From NCBI RefSeq assembly GCF_001194135.2, contig NC_068984.1, positions 125,092,507 through 125,133,055 of the forward strand: DNA of 40,549 nucleotides. The letters are read 5' to 3'. Of this stretch, positions 12,318 to 23,133 are shown piece after piece. Source of the stretch: Octopus bimaculoides. Taxonomy: Eukaryota. Position 1 is the first letter of the stretch. Each line of letters starts with the position of its first letter. The position numbers and the translations under genes are program-made. The notes under the pieces were generated by a model. That model was not told the origin of the DNA and searched no databases. It worked only from the letters and a program-made list of their open reading frames with translations.

Positions 12318-12935
12318 CGACGACAAGCTGGCAGAATCGTTAGCACGCCGGGCGAAATACTTAGCGGTATTTCGTCTGTCTTTACGTTCTGAGTTCAAAT
12401 TCCGCCGAGGTCGACTTTGCCTTTCATCCTTTCGGGGTCGATTAAATAAGTACCAGTTACGCACTGGGGTCGATATAATCGACTTAATCTGTTTGTCTGT
12501 CCTTGTTTGTCCCCTCTGTGTATAACCCCTTGTGGGCAGTAAAGAAATAGGTATTTCGTCTGCCGCTACGTTCTGAGTTCAAATTCCGCCGAGGTCGACT
12601 TTGCCTTTTATCTTTTCGAGATCGATTAAATAAATACCAGTTATGCACTGGGGTCGATATAATCGACTTAATCCGTTTGTCAGTCCTTGTTTGTCCCCTC
12701 TGTGTGTAGCCCCTTGTGGGCAGTAAATAAATAATAATCGTTAGCATGTCGGAAAAGATGCCTACCAGCATTTCATCCGTCTTTCTGTTCTGAGTTCAAA
12801 TGCCGCTAGGATCGACGTTGCCTTTTATCCTTTCAGTGTCGATAAAATAAGTACTAGTTATGCACTCGGGTCGATGTAATCGACTAATCCCCTACCCCAA
12901 AATTTCAGGCCTTGTGCCTGTAGTAGAAAGAATTG
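12318..12935 (+). mobile_element. Composite of three SINE family A units with a 13-bp TSD
   Basis: Units at about 12318-12549, 12550-12735 and 12736-12935. TTTCTCAGCAATA at 12305-17 and 12936-48. Confidence 0.9.
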
Positions 12936-12950
12936 TTTCTCAGCAATATG

Positions 12951-13505
12951 GCAGCGAGCTGGCAGAATCGTTAGCACGTCCAGAAAAATGTTTGTCAGCA
13001 TTTCATCCGTCTTTACATTCTGAGTTCAAATTCCACCAGGGTCGAATTTGCTTTTCATCCTTTCGGGGTCGATAAAATACCAATTGAGCACTGGGGTCGA
13101 TTTAAATGACTTAGACTCCTTCCTGCTGGTCGTGGGCCAAAATTTGAAACCATCATTTTTCAGAAATAAGGTGACCGATGTCGGCTTTATCCCTTATCCT
13201 TTCAGGGTCGATGAAACAAATACCTGTTGGGTATTAGAGTCAATGCAATCAACAAGCCTCTACCCCTCAACATTTCAAACCTTCTATCCGTAAGAGAAGG
13301 GATTATTTCCCAGTGATCTAATAATACTATAAATGATGATTTTAATCCATCGGATTAGAACTTTCAGTGACAAAACGCTTACCAGCATTTCTACCCGCTC
13401 CTTACGTTCTGAGTTCAAATCCTGCCGAGGTCAGTTTTGCATTTGATCCTTTCGGATTCCACAAAAGAGGGTACCAGTCTCTCAGTAGGGTCAATGTAAT
13501 TCAAT
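12951..13505 (+). mobile_element. Further SINE family A copy and remnants
   Basis: Copy at 12951-13110; remnants at about 13175-13270 and 13370-13505. Confidence 0.8.
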
Positions 13506-13842
13506 GAAACCTCATATTTATATGTGTTTATGTATGTATGTATGTATGTATGTAAGAGAGAGTGGCTAGATTTGCACGTGTGTATTTTTGTATTTGTGTG
13601 TGTCGAGTGTTTGTGAAACAAATGCACTTACAGAAACAAGCAATGAATGCTACCAAAAAAACAAACCTAAAATTATACTGTGTAAGCCAAACCTTGAGTT
13701 GATCAGAGTTGATCCCATCGTTGTCAAGTATTCCTGTTATAATTCCTTAAGTTAGCTATAGAAACAAGCAACCGCCGGCCTTATTTTTCATGGCAACTCA
13801 AATATTTCATGTCGAAAGCCCATTTACCAGCCATTGCGTTTA

Positions 13843-13858
13843 CTACTACTACTACTAT

Positions 13859-13946
<88 letters not shown>

Positions 13947-14151
13947 NNNNNNNNNNNNNNNNNNNNNNNNNNNNNNNNNNNNNNNNNNNNNNNNNNNNNN
14001 NNNNNNNNNNNNNNNNNNNNNNNNNNNNNNNNNNNNNNNNNNNNNNNNNNNNNNNNNNNNNNNNNNNNNNNNNNNNNNNNNNNNNNNNNNNNNNNNNNNN
14101 NNNNNCACCACCACAACCACAACCACCACCACTACCACCACCACCACCATC

Positions 14152-14201
<50 letters not shown>

Positions 14202-14208
14202 AACTACT
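13843..14208. repeat. (ACT)n/(AAT)n/(CAC)n/(TAC)n trinucleotide array spanning a gap
   Basis: Direct inspection; source of the homopolymer ORFs. Confidence 0.95.
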
Positions 14209-14311
14209 AAAATTGTGTCAGTGGTATTGCAACAAACTATGCAATTCACAAATAACGGTCTTATAGTTTCTTGTTTAAATGTATTTGCGTGTGTTTGTAT
14301 GCACGTATGGA

Positions 14312-14482
14312 TACTGGAAGGGATGCCGAAATTTTCCTGGCTTTAAGAAAATCGCGAAAGGCCTGGCTGGAGCCTCAGCCGTCCGAGTTCTTTTACAGAG
14401 TTCAGAAAAACTGAAGGACCGCTGCAATAAGTGTGTGAATTTGAGAGGGGAATATGTTGAATAAAATCACAAATAACTAATC
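14312..14482 (+). mobile_element. Second, right-truncated copy of the mariner MITE
   Basis: Colinear with 8076-8250; encodes EKLKDRCNKCVNLRGEYVE*. Confidence 0.8.
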
Positions 14483-15244
14483 CTTCATCAACAGAGAAAT
14501 CAGATCAGACAGAAATATTAATCTAACCTACTTGCTAAAATTCCATTTACTTATTTGTACAGCTGAAGATGGCACTGCATTTAAATTGATGTAATGATTG
14601 CATTGTTCAATTAAACGGAGCCGCTTGAAATGGTCGTACTGCATTACTACTTGATATCCTGTTGCTTATTTTGATTTTATTCACCTTACTTCGAGCTGTG
14701 CGGATAATACCGGACTGACTTGGTGCTTCAACTTAAGTATCTAACTCAACTGAATCTCAATTATTTATGTGTGTGTGTGTGTGTGTTTTTAATAATATTA
14801 ATAATATATATGTATGTGACTATATTGTTAGATATTCAACCAGTATAATCTTGGATATTTTTATCCCTCCGAGGTTTATATCTTCNNNNNNNNNNNNNNN
14901 NNNNNNNNNNNNNNNNNNNNNNNNNNNNNNNNNNNNNNNNNNNNNNNNNNNNNNNNNNNNNNNNNNNNNNNNNNNNNNNNNNNNNNNNNNNNNNNNNNNN
15001 NNNNNNNNNNNNNNNNNNNNNNNNNNNNNNNNNNNNNNNNNNNNNNNNNNNNNNNNNNNNNNNNNNNNNNNNNNNNNNNNNNNNNNNNNNNNNNNNNNNN
15101 NNNNNNNNNNNNNNNNNATATAATATAAAATAAAATAAAATAAAAATGGATGGCACCATGAAAGAAAGTATTGAATGTAGATGAAATATTGAGTGTTCAA
15201 TATAAAGGATCAAATATATAAATATATAAATATAAATATATAAA

Positions 15245-15284
15245 GGCGACTCGAGTTTCAGGGCTATTTCCCTTCGTCATGGCC
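15245..15284 (-). ncRNA. Minimal type-I hammerhead ribozyme motif, variant core
   Basis: Minus strand GGC-C(A)TGACGA-AGGG aaatag CCCT-GAAA-CTCGAG-TC-GCC. Palindromic stem III ACTCGAGT, GUC triplet, 3-bp stem I, one extra A in the CUGA box. Confidence 0.55.
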
Positions 15285-16157
15285 GGTATGACAGATTTTA
15301 ACAATATATATATATATATATTTACATGTAAATCTATATAAATTTCGACTATATTTATTTATTCATACACACACACAGACTTATACACACATATATCTGT
15401 TTGTGTATGTGATGTGTGATTCCGTGTGTGTGTGTGTGTAAAGAGAAAAAGTGTCAGTAACATACAGATAGATTACAAGCTTTATTTCTTTGATTATTTT
15501 GAAGAACATCTTCAGCTAATGTTTATCTCCGGCTTTCTATAACATTTAAATGGTGATAGACAGTTTCCCATCTGTATAAGTCAATGCTCCTATTCATTTT
15601 TACATTTCGCAGAAGTAATTGCACTGGGCACAACAATCCAGCACATCACTCGTTAATTTACAACTGTGATTCTCTTAGCTTAATACACTAGACCTATTTC
15701 TGAGTACACCCGCTGAAACTAGTTTTAATATATCGACATGTATTCACTACAAGCATCTAGGTATTTACTTAAAGCTAGATTGAACACTGTGACAAGCCAC
15801 AAATCCATAGCTGTTTACAAGGAATTATGAACTGAGCAAGAACACAACGCACCCAAGAAACCTTTTGAGTCTAACATTCCTGACTCTCTTGGCAACCTCT
15901 GCATCCGGTTGCTTTCTTCAAGCTTACTAGCTTTTCCTTCAATCCAACCAATAGAGATACGTGTGAGAGAAGCCATTTGAAAATTTCGAAGACAACTGAA
16001 GGTGGCTTAAATCTATATTGACTAGAATTATAGTCATTTCATACTGACTGTTTGTGAATGATGTTGCTTCTTTTGGAAGCGATAGACATCTGCAATTCCT
16101 ACTCAACACTAGGTGGAGTGCAACCTCGTGTATAAAGCTCTCCCATAACTACCTTTC

Positions 16158-16592
16158 TTACTTATTTAAGCTCTTATTTCCCTATGGAGCATAGACCATC
16201 AACAGCTTTTCTCCACCGTTATCGACTCCTGGCTATCTTTTCTGTACTCTCCACTTGAATCTTTTTTTTTTTTTTCAGTTTTGCTTCAGTATCCCACCTC
16301 CATCTATTTTTCGGGCATCATATATTTTTCTAAGGGAAGGCCTTTTCTCTTCCAGGTCGTTTGGTTTTGGATAATCATCGCCGTTTCTGTAATTTGCTGT
16401 TGCTGAGATAGGTGTATTAGCCCAACGCAAATCCATTTTTACCACTTGAAAAAAGCTGCCTATATTAGTCTGGCCTCCATCCTTTGACCTGTTCAGCATT
16501 GTAGATTGGCGGTGGGGCGGCTACCAGGAGCCTGCTCTCCGCTGACATATCTCTCAGGACCACTGAGGCATGCAAGCCCTCCCATAGAAAGG
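16158..16592 (-). mobile_element. Bipartite non-autonomous RTE/RTE-X-like element (5' UTR fused to 3' end)
   Basis: 16405-16592 resembles an RTE-type 5' UTR (minus: ...CTCCTGGTAGCCGCC...AACAGGTCAAAGGATGGAGGCCAGAC...GCGTTGGGCTAATACACCTATCTC). 16175-16245 encodes EKIARSR*RWRKAVDGLCSIGK*, typical of RTE-X ends. Assignment is from recall. Confidence 0.55.
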
Positions 16593-16860
16593 ACTGTACT
16601 TTGTGGCGGTTACAGTAGCAGCATTAATATTACTTAACGGGGTTGCTTACCTACAGCTTGATGAGTTGTTTCTTACTATAATACTTACACACTTTAGTTG
16701 ACTTGAATGACTGCAGATTTTCGTCACATACTTAGTAAATTGCATCATCCTTCAAGTAAAAAAATATATTTGCAGCATGAAAACTGTAACACCCAATGGT
16801 TCCTAGATAATCAAAAAGGAGAAAGGAAGAATTGTAAAACTGTTATATTTATTATTTGTG

Positions 16861-18492
16861 TTATTTACATTATTTACATTTGACGGATATTTGTCCTCAT
16901 CTTGTTTGTTGTTAACACAACGTTTCGGCTGATATACCCTCCAGCCTTCGTCAGGTGTCTTGGGGAAATTTCGAACCTGGGTTCTCATTCCTAACGATGT
17001 TACTATTATTATATTATTATTATTATTAATCAGGACGCTGTCGTGAATCGAACTCGGAATCTTGGGCTCATAAATCTATTATTTTTCTATCCTTCCTCAA
17101 TACCGGTTCCCATATGCTATTCATATCTGCACTCGGTCTGCTTAGGAGGTTGTTGTGTCCTAGCATATGTGCTGCTTCTTTTAGTTTTCGTATTTTCCAG
17201 TGTTGTTCCCTGTCTATTATTTTAACTTCATCCCGCAGGGGGATGTGGTCTCCATTTTGCCATACATGATCAGCTATACCCGATTTATCAATATCTCCTC
17301 GTGTCACAGCTTTGCGATGTTCTTCTACCCTTATTTTGAGGGGGCGTCATGTTTCGCCTTTGTATAACCTACCNNNNNNNNNNNNNNNNNNNNNNNNNNN
17401 NNNNNNNNNNNNNNNNNNNNNNNNNNNNNNNNNNNNNNNNNNNNNNNNNNNNNNNNNNNNNNNNNNNNNNNNNNNNNNNNNNNNNNNNNNNNNNNNNNNN
17501 NNNNNNNNNNNNNNNNNNNNNNNNNNNNNNNNNNNNNNNNNNNNNNNNNNNNNNNNNNNNNNNNNNNNNNNNNNNNNNNNNNNNNNNNNNNNNNNNNNNN
17601 NNNNNNNNNNNNNNNNNNNNNNNNNNNNNNNNNNNNNNNNNNNNNNNNNNNNNNNNNNNNNNNNNNNNNNNNNNNNNNNNNNNNNNNNNNNNNNNNNNNN
17701 NNNNNNNNNNNNNNNNNNNNNNNNNNNNNNNNNNNNNNNNNNNNNNNNNNNNNNNNNNNNNNNNNNNNNNNNNNNNNNNNNNNNNNNNNNNNNNNNNNNN
17801 NNNNNNNNNNNNNNNNNNNNNNNNNNNNNNNNNNNNNNNNNNNNNNNNNNNNNNNNNNNNNNNNNNNNNNNNNNNNNNNNNNNNNNNNNNNNNNNNNNNN
17901 NNNNNNNNNNNNNNNNNNNNNNNNNNNNNNNNNNNNNNNNNNNNNNNNNNNNNNNNNNNNNNNNNNNNNNNNNNNNNNNNNNNNNNNNNNNNNNNNNNNN
18001 NNNNNNNNNNNNNNNNNNNNNNNNNNNNNNNNNNNNNNNNNNNNNNNNNNNNNNNNNNNNNNNNNNNNNNNNNNNNNNNNNNNNNNNNNNNNNNNNNNNN
18101 NNNNNNNNNNNNNNNNNNNNNNNNNNNNNNNNNNNNNNNNNNNNNNNNNNNNNNNNNNNNNNNNNNNNNNNNNNNNNNNNNNNNNNNNNNNNNNNNNNNN
18201 NNNNNNNNNNNNNNNNNNNNNNNNNNNNNNNNNNNNNNNNNNNNNNNNNNNNNNNNNNNNNNNNNNNNNNNNNNNNNNNNNNNNNNNNNNNNNNNNNNNN
18301 NNNNNNNNNNNNNNNNNNNNNNNNNNNNNNNNNNNNNNNNNNNNNNNNNNNNNNNNNNNNNNNNNNNNNNNACACGCAGTTTTTGGTCATATTCTCTTCT
18401 GTTGATGGTTTTACCCGAAGGAGATATTTGCGAAGTGTTGTATTGCTCTTGAATACTGCCCTGATGTCATATGGGCCGCATATCTTTTGTAT
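16861..18492 (-). mobile_element. Penelope-like retroelement, 5'-truncated, with C-terminal GIY-YIG endonuclease remnant and 3' pLTR
   Basis: Minus translation IQKICGPYDIRAVFKSNTTLRKYLLRVKPSTEENMTKNCV-[gap]-GRLYKGET*RP/IRVEEHRKAVTRGDIDKSGIADHVW...KIIDREQHWKIRKLKEAAHM...IWEPVL matches the PLE linker plus GIY-YIG domain. It carries a stop and a frameshift. A hammerhead lies downstream. Confidence 0.9.
16914..16959 (-). ncRNA. Minimal type-I hammerhead ribozyme in PLE terminal repeat
   Basis: Minus strand GACAC-CTGACGA-A-GGCTG gagggtatat CAGCC-GAAA-CGT-T-GTGTT. Stem I GACAC/GUGUU, palindromic stem III ACGU, GUU triplet. Confidence 0.8.
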
Positions 18493-18533
18493 CTGACGAA
18501 GGCTGGAGGGTATATCAGCCGAAACGTTGTGTT
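18493..18533 (+). ncRNA. Second copy of the PLE hammerhead, 5' stem I strand lost
   Basis: Identical from CTGACGA onward to the 16914 motif, but the upstream GACAC is replaced by junction sequence (TGTAT). Confidence 0.6.
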
Positions 18534-18586
18534 AACAACAAACAAGATGAGGACAAATATCCGTCAAATGTAAATAATGTAAATAA
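18493..18586 (+). repeat. Inverted partial pLTR of the Penelope-like element
   Basis: 94-bp exact reverse complement of 16861-16954. Confidence 0.9.
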
Positions 18587-19126
18587 TTCCTCATCTCTTA
18601 AATATAGAACTGTATTATTATTTGTGGTTTTCATAAACATGATACAAATGTATTATTCGATATATTGTCGCTATCTTTTATTGGCAATGTTTATCTCTCA
18701 AATGATTAAAACCATTCCCCACAAAATCAATCGTACATAGGAAGATCTAGATATTCTAGTTCTTTGGTCCAAGATAAATTACGTATGCTTTGTATGTTAC
18801 TGTCAATTTGAAGCTTTCTGGCTTCATAATTATGCATGGACTTCTGCTTATATGCATAACAACATGTTATGATAGAATTGGGAAAATTCGCTGAGTTGTA
18901 TTCTTGTTCATTAGCCATGGAATATTTTTGGAGAAGCTTTCCAGCTCAAATGTTGTTAATTGTTTCATATATGTAGACATGATCCATTGAACCACTTCAA
19001 ACCTTGGTAATTAGTAGATGTTATCGAAAGGTTATCATGCAACATTCAAAGGCTGTTTTGATTCACATTAAGGCTGTCATATTGCTTTTGCTTAAAACAG
19101 GAGAGGTCATTGTTAACATTGGCTTC

Positions 19127-19492
19127 AAGTTTTGGCACAAGGCCAGCAACTTCTAGGGAGTGGGTAAGTCAATTACATAGACCCCAGTGCTCAACTGGTA
19201 CTTACTTTATTGACCCCGAAAGGATAAAAGGCAAAGTCAACCTGGGCGGAATTTGAACTCAGGGCGTAAAGACGGATGAAATGACACTATGCATTTTGTC
19301 CGGCGTGCTAACGATTCAGCCAGTTCGCCGCCCTAAGGTCATAGTTAATACTGGTTTCAAATTTTGGCACATGGTCAGCAAAGACGACGGTGGCGGTAAG
19401 TCGGGTTCATTCACCAGTGCTCAACGGGTACTTATTTTATCGATCCCGATATGACGAAACGGAAGGTCGACCTCGGTGGAATTTGAACTCAG
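19127..19492 (-). mobile_element. Two SINE family A copies
   Basis: 19127-19333 full length; 19355-19492 lacks the head. Confidence 0.85.
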
Positions 19493-20072
19493 ATCATAGT
19501 TAATATTGATATGAAGATTTCTGGTGTGGGTTAAGCGTTCTTGAGTTTTAACATAAATAGTCTGAATCTTTTTTACCGTCTCTTCGAGTTCCTCAAATGT
19601 TGATAGGGTATGCATTCACTGTACACACACACACACACACACACACACNNNNNNNNNNACACACACACACACACACACACACAAGCACACACACATGGTA
19701 CTTCGAGGCGACGAATTGTCAGAGTCATCTTATAGATGGATGGGATTATCCACGATTATGTGCGATCAGAATTCAAGTCTCGACAGAGCCAGCTTTGCCT
19801 TTCATTCGGTGATAATGATAAACTGCAGTGGATCAGCGAAAGTGTTAGGCTGTCGGGTACAATGCCTTTTGCTGTCTATTACGATGGTTTATATTCTGAA
19901 GGTAATATCCGCCATAACACTAATACTTCGAATATACTGGCATACACAGACAATTACCAGACTTCCTCGAGAAATATTGCACACGATTGGACATACATGT
20001 GAGGATGTATAGGTACCCATGATTGATTGTGGCCATAAAAAATTACGTTATGAGTGTGTATATATATATATA

Positions 20073-21438
20073 TCCACAAAGAAACACGCTAATAGCTTAG
20101 GAGTATAATTTAAGATTTCTTGGTTTTCTGTGAATCGATTTTAATAAAACTTTTACCACCTGGTTTGCACACTATGGCAACAGCATTGTTATGTTTTAAT
20201 TATTCTGTGTAACGTCCTTTCGCTTTTTTTATTTCAGATTATTCAGTTTTTGGGTGAATCATGCTAATAGCGTCTCTCCTCTCCAAGAACAATGGGACAT
20301 GAAAAAGGCCTTAACGATGAAGAAAAGTCTGTCATCAACAAGAAAACTGCTAAAGGCACTTCTCCATGTCATTGTGGAGAAGTTAGGTCGCCGTGTGGAC
20401 ACGGTTATACGATTCCTCAAGGACCCTTTGCCAAGAAAGAAACGATTCGACTGTGGGACCTCCAAGAATGTGACAGCTAGGGAATGAAGAATAATTGGCC
20501 CCAAGTTACGAGAGAAACCTGGACAAACAAGTAAATCCATTCCATTTTCACTGCCTCCAGACTTCCTTATGTACCGAAAACCACCAGAAATCACATCCTC
20601 GGAACTATGGCTCCCGTACGAGAACCCTTGATACTGCCTCCTTAACGCCTCGTCACAGGAGTTTGAGGCTTCAATGGCCCCAAAAGTACATGACGTTAAA
20701 CATGAGTTGTGTTCTGTTCCCGGACGAAACCAAGGTGAACCTTGACGGACTTGACGGTTGGGCAAATGCTTGGGTCTATTTTGGAGATGAGCGTCACCAA
20801 CGTTTACGACGTCAACAACAGAGTGGAGGAGTCATGTTGTGAGCTGGTATCATTGGGAAAAGACTTGTTGGCCCAGACAGGGTTCCTGAAGGGGTTAAAG
20901 GGACCGCAGCCGCCTACAGCAATCTACTGCAGGAAGTCTTGGATCCTTGCCTAGATGACATACCACTGTCATTTCTAAAGAATCTGTTATTCATGCATGA
21001 CAACGCTCTCCGACCCCCAACATTACTAGGATCTTATGGCATAAAAGGTGAAAGGTTTATGGTATGGCCGCCAGCATCTCCGGATCTCAACCGTATAGGA
21101 AATCTTTGGTCCATTATTAAACAAGATGTTTATGCCGATGGACGCCAATTTACGTCGAAAGATGTCTTATGGGCGACCATCAAATCTGCAGCAGAGGCAG
21201 TCCAGCCTGCTATTATTATGAAATTGACAGATTCTATAACTAATAGGGTTTTCGAAGTTATCGTCGAAATGGGTCCCATGTGGCTAAATAATTCATTCCG
21301 TCAATAAATGTTATAATATTGCTATGATTTTCTGTTAAATATATAATTACTGCATGATTAATATGTATCATTACCCTTCAATTTCTGGAAAAAATGTCTA
21401 GATGGGCTATTTTCATTCAAATGCTATTAGCGTGGTTC
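20073..21438 (+). mobile_element. Decayed Tc1-like DNA transposon, TRT/DD37E-like
   Basis: MGHEKGLNDEEKSVI (20292), VLFPDETKVNLDGLDGWANAW...RLRRQQ-SGGVML/WAGII, FMHDNA, WPPASPDLNRIGNLWSIIK. TIR match GAAACACGCTAATAGC (20081-96) vs GCTATTAGCGTGGTTC (21423-38). Multiple frameshifts; right end runs into a gap. Confidence 0.88.
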
Positions 21439-21609
21439 NNNNNNNNNNNNNNNNNNNNNNNNNNNNNNNNNNNNNNNNNNNNNNNNNNNNNNNNNNNNNN
21501 NNNNNNNNNNNNNNNNNNNNNNNNNNNNNNNNNNNNNNGTGTGTGTGTAAAATCATATTTATATATATACGCATAGATAGATAGATAAGTACATATAGGC
21601 AGATATGCG

Positions 21610-21825
21610 TGTGTTTCTGTGTTCTTCTTTGTCCCTCACCATCGCTTGATAACCGGTGTTGGTGTGTTTATATCTCCTTAACCTAGCAGTCTGCAAAAGT
21701 ATATCGATAAAATAAGTACCAGGCTTAAAACGAAAAATAAGTCGTCGGATCCAACAGCTCGACCAAAATCCCTCAAGACGGTGCTCCAGCTTGGCTATAG
21801 GGTGACGACAAACAAATAAAAGAAA
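21610..21825 (+). mobile_element. SINE family B, 3' half
   Basis: CCATCGCTTGATAACCGGTGTTGGTGTG...GGTGCTCCAGC. Confidence 0.75.
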
Positions 21826-23133
21826 ATGTTTATCGACTTGATTGTTTGCTTGTCTGTGTGTTGGTGTGTGTTTTTGCATGTGTATGTTAGTATGACTGTC
21901 TGTGTATATGTTTGTGTGAGTGAGCGTGAGTATTAATATACATATATATATATATACAAACAATATATGAATATATGCATATATATGTACATGTATGTAT
22001 ATACCTTCATCTACATGTACATATAGATACATAACTGGGTACATGACGTGGCAAAAGAACATGGACAAAATGATAAACAAGGTACGACAAACAAGCAAGC
22101 CACATAGAAACATCTCCGTCATCAGCTGCCACCATTAAAACACCGGCGTTTCGAATATATATNNNNNNNNNNNNNNNNNNNNNNNNNNNNNNNNNNNNNN
22201 NNNNNNNNNNNNNNNNNNNNNNNNNNNNNNNNNNNNNNNNNNNNNNNNNNNNNNNNNNNNNNNNNNNNNNNNNNNNNNNNNNNNNNNNNNNNNNNNNNNN
22301 NNNNNNNNNNNNNNNNNNNNNNNNNNNNNNNNNNNNNNNNNNNNNNNNNNNNNNNNNNNNNNNNNNNNNNNNNNNNNNNNNNNNNNNNNNNNNNNNNNNN
22401 NNNNNNNNNNNNNNNNNNNNNNNNNNNNNNNNNNNNNNNNNNNNNNNNNNNNNNNNNNNNNNNNNNNNNNNNNNNNNNNNNNNNNNNNNNNNNNNNNNNN
22501 NNNNNNNNNNNNNNNNNNNNNNNNNNNNNNNNNNNNNNNNNNNNNNNNNNNNNNNNNNNNNNNNNNNNNNNNNNNNNNNNNNNNNNNNNNNNNNNNNNNN
22601 NNNNNNNNNNNNNNNNNNNNNNNNNNNNNNNNNNNNNNNNNNNNNNNNNNNNNNNNNNNNNNNNNNNNNNNNNNNNNNNNNNNNNNNNNNNNNNNNNNNN
22701 NNNNNNNNNNNNNNNNNNNNNNNNNNNNNNNNNNNNNNNNNNNNNNNNNNNNNNNNNNNNNNNNNNNNNNNNNNNNNNNNNNNNNNNNNNNNNNNNNNNN
22801 NNNNNNNNNNNNNNNNNNNNNNNNNNNNNNNNNNNNNNNNNNNNNNNNNNNNNNNNNNNNNNNNNNNNNNNNNNNNNNNNNNNNNNNNNNNNNNNNNNNN
22901 NNNNNNNNNNNNNNNNNNNNNNNNNNNNNNNNNNNNNNNNNNNNNNNNNNNNNNNNNNNNNNNNNNNNNNNNNNNNNNNNNNNNNNNNNNNNNNNNNNNN
23001 NNNNNNNNNNNNNNNNNNNNNNNNNNNNNNNNNNNNNNNNNNNNNNNNNNNTAGACACATACAATAGGAATACAAAATACAAAATGGCTGATAGTTAGCA
23101 AGGTGAGACACACATAAGAAAGAAGGAAACAAA

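Noticed and set aside
12318-12735. Repeated units resembling a CRISPR array
   Set aside because: These are SINE copies in eukaryotic DNA, with no spacer structure or cas genes.
14563-14640. CTGAAGATGGC...GCCGCTTGAAATGGTC
   Set aside because: Stem II does not abut GAAA, and stems I and III are poor.
22115-22155. Minus-strand GAAACGCCGGT...CTGATGA, possible type-II hammerhead
   Set aside because: G at the cleavage position, and the closing stem II is lost in the gap.
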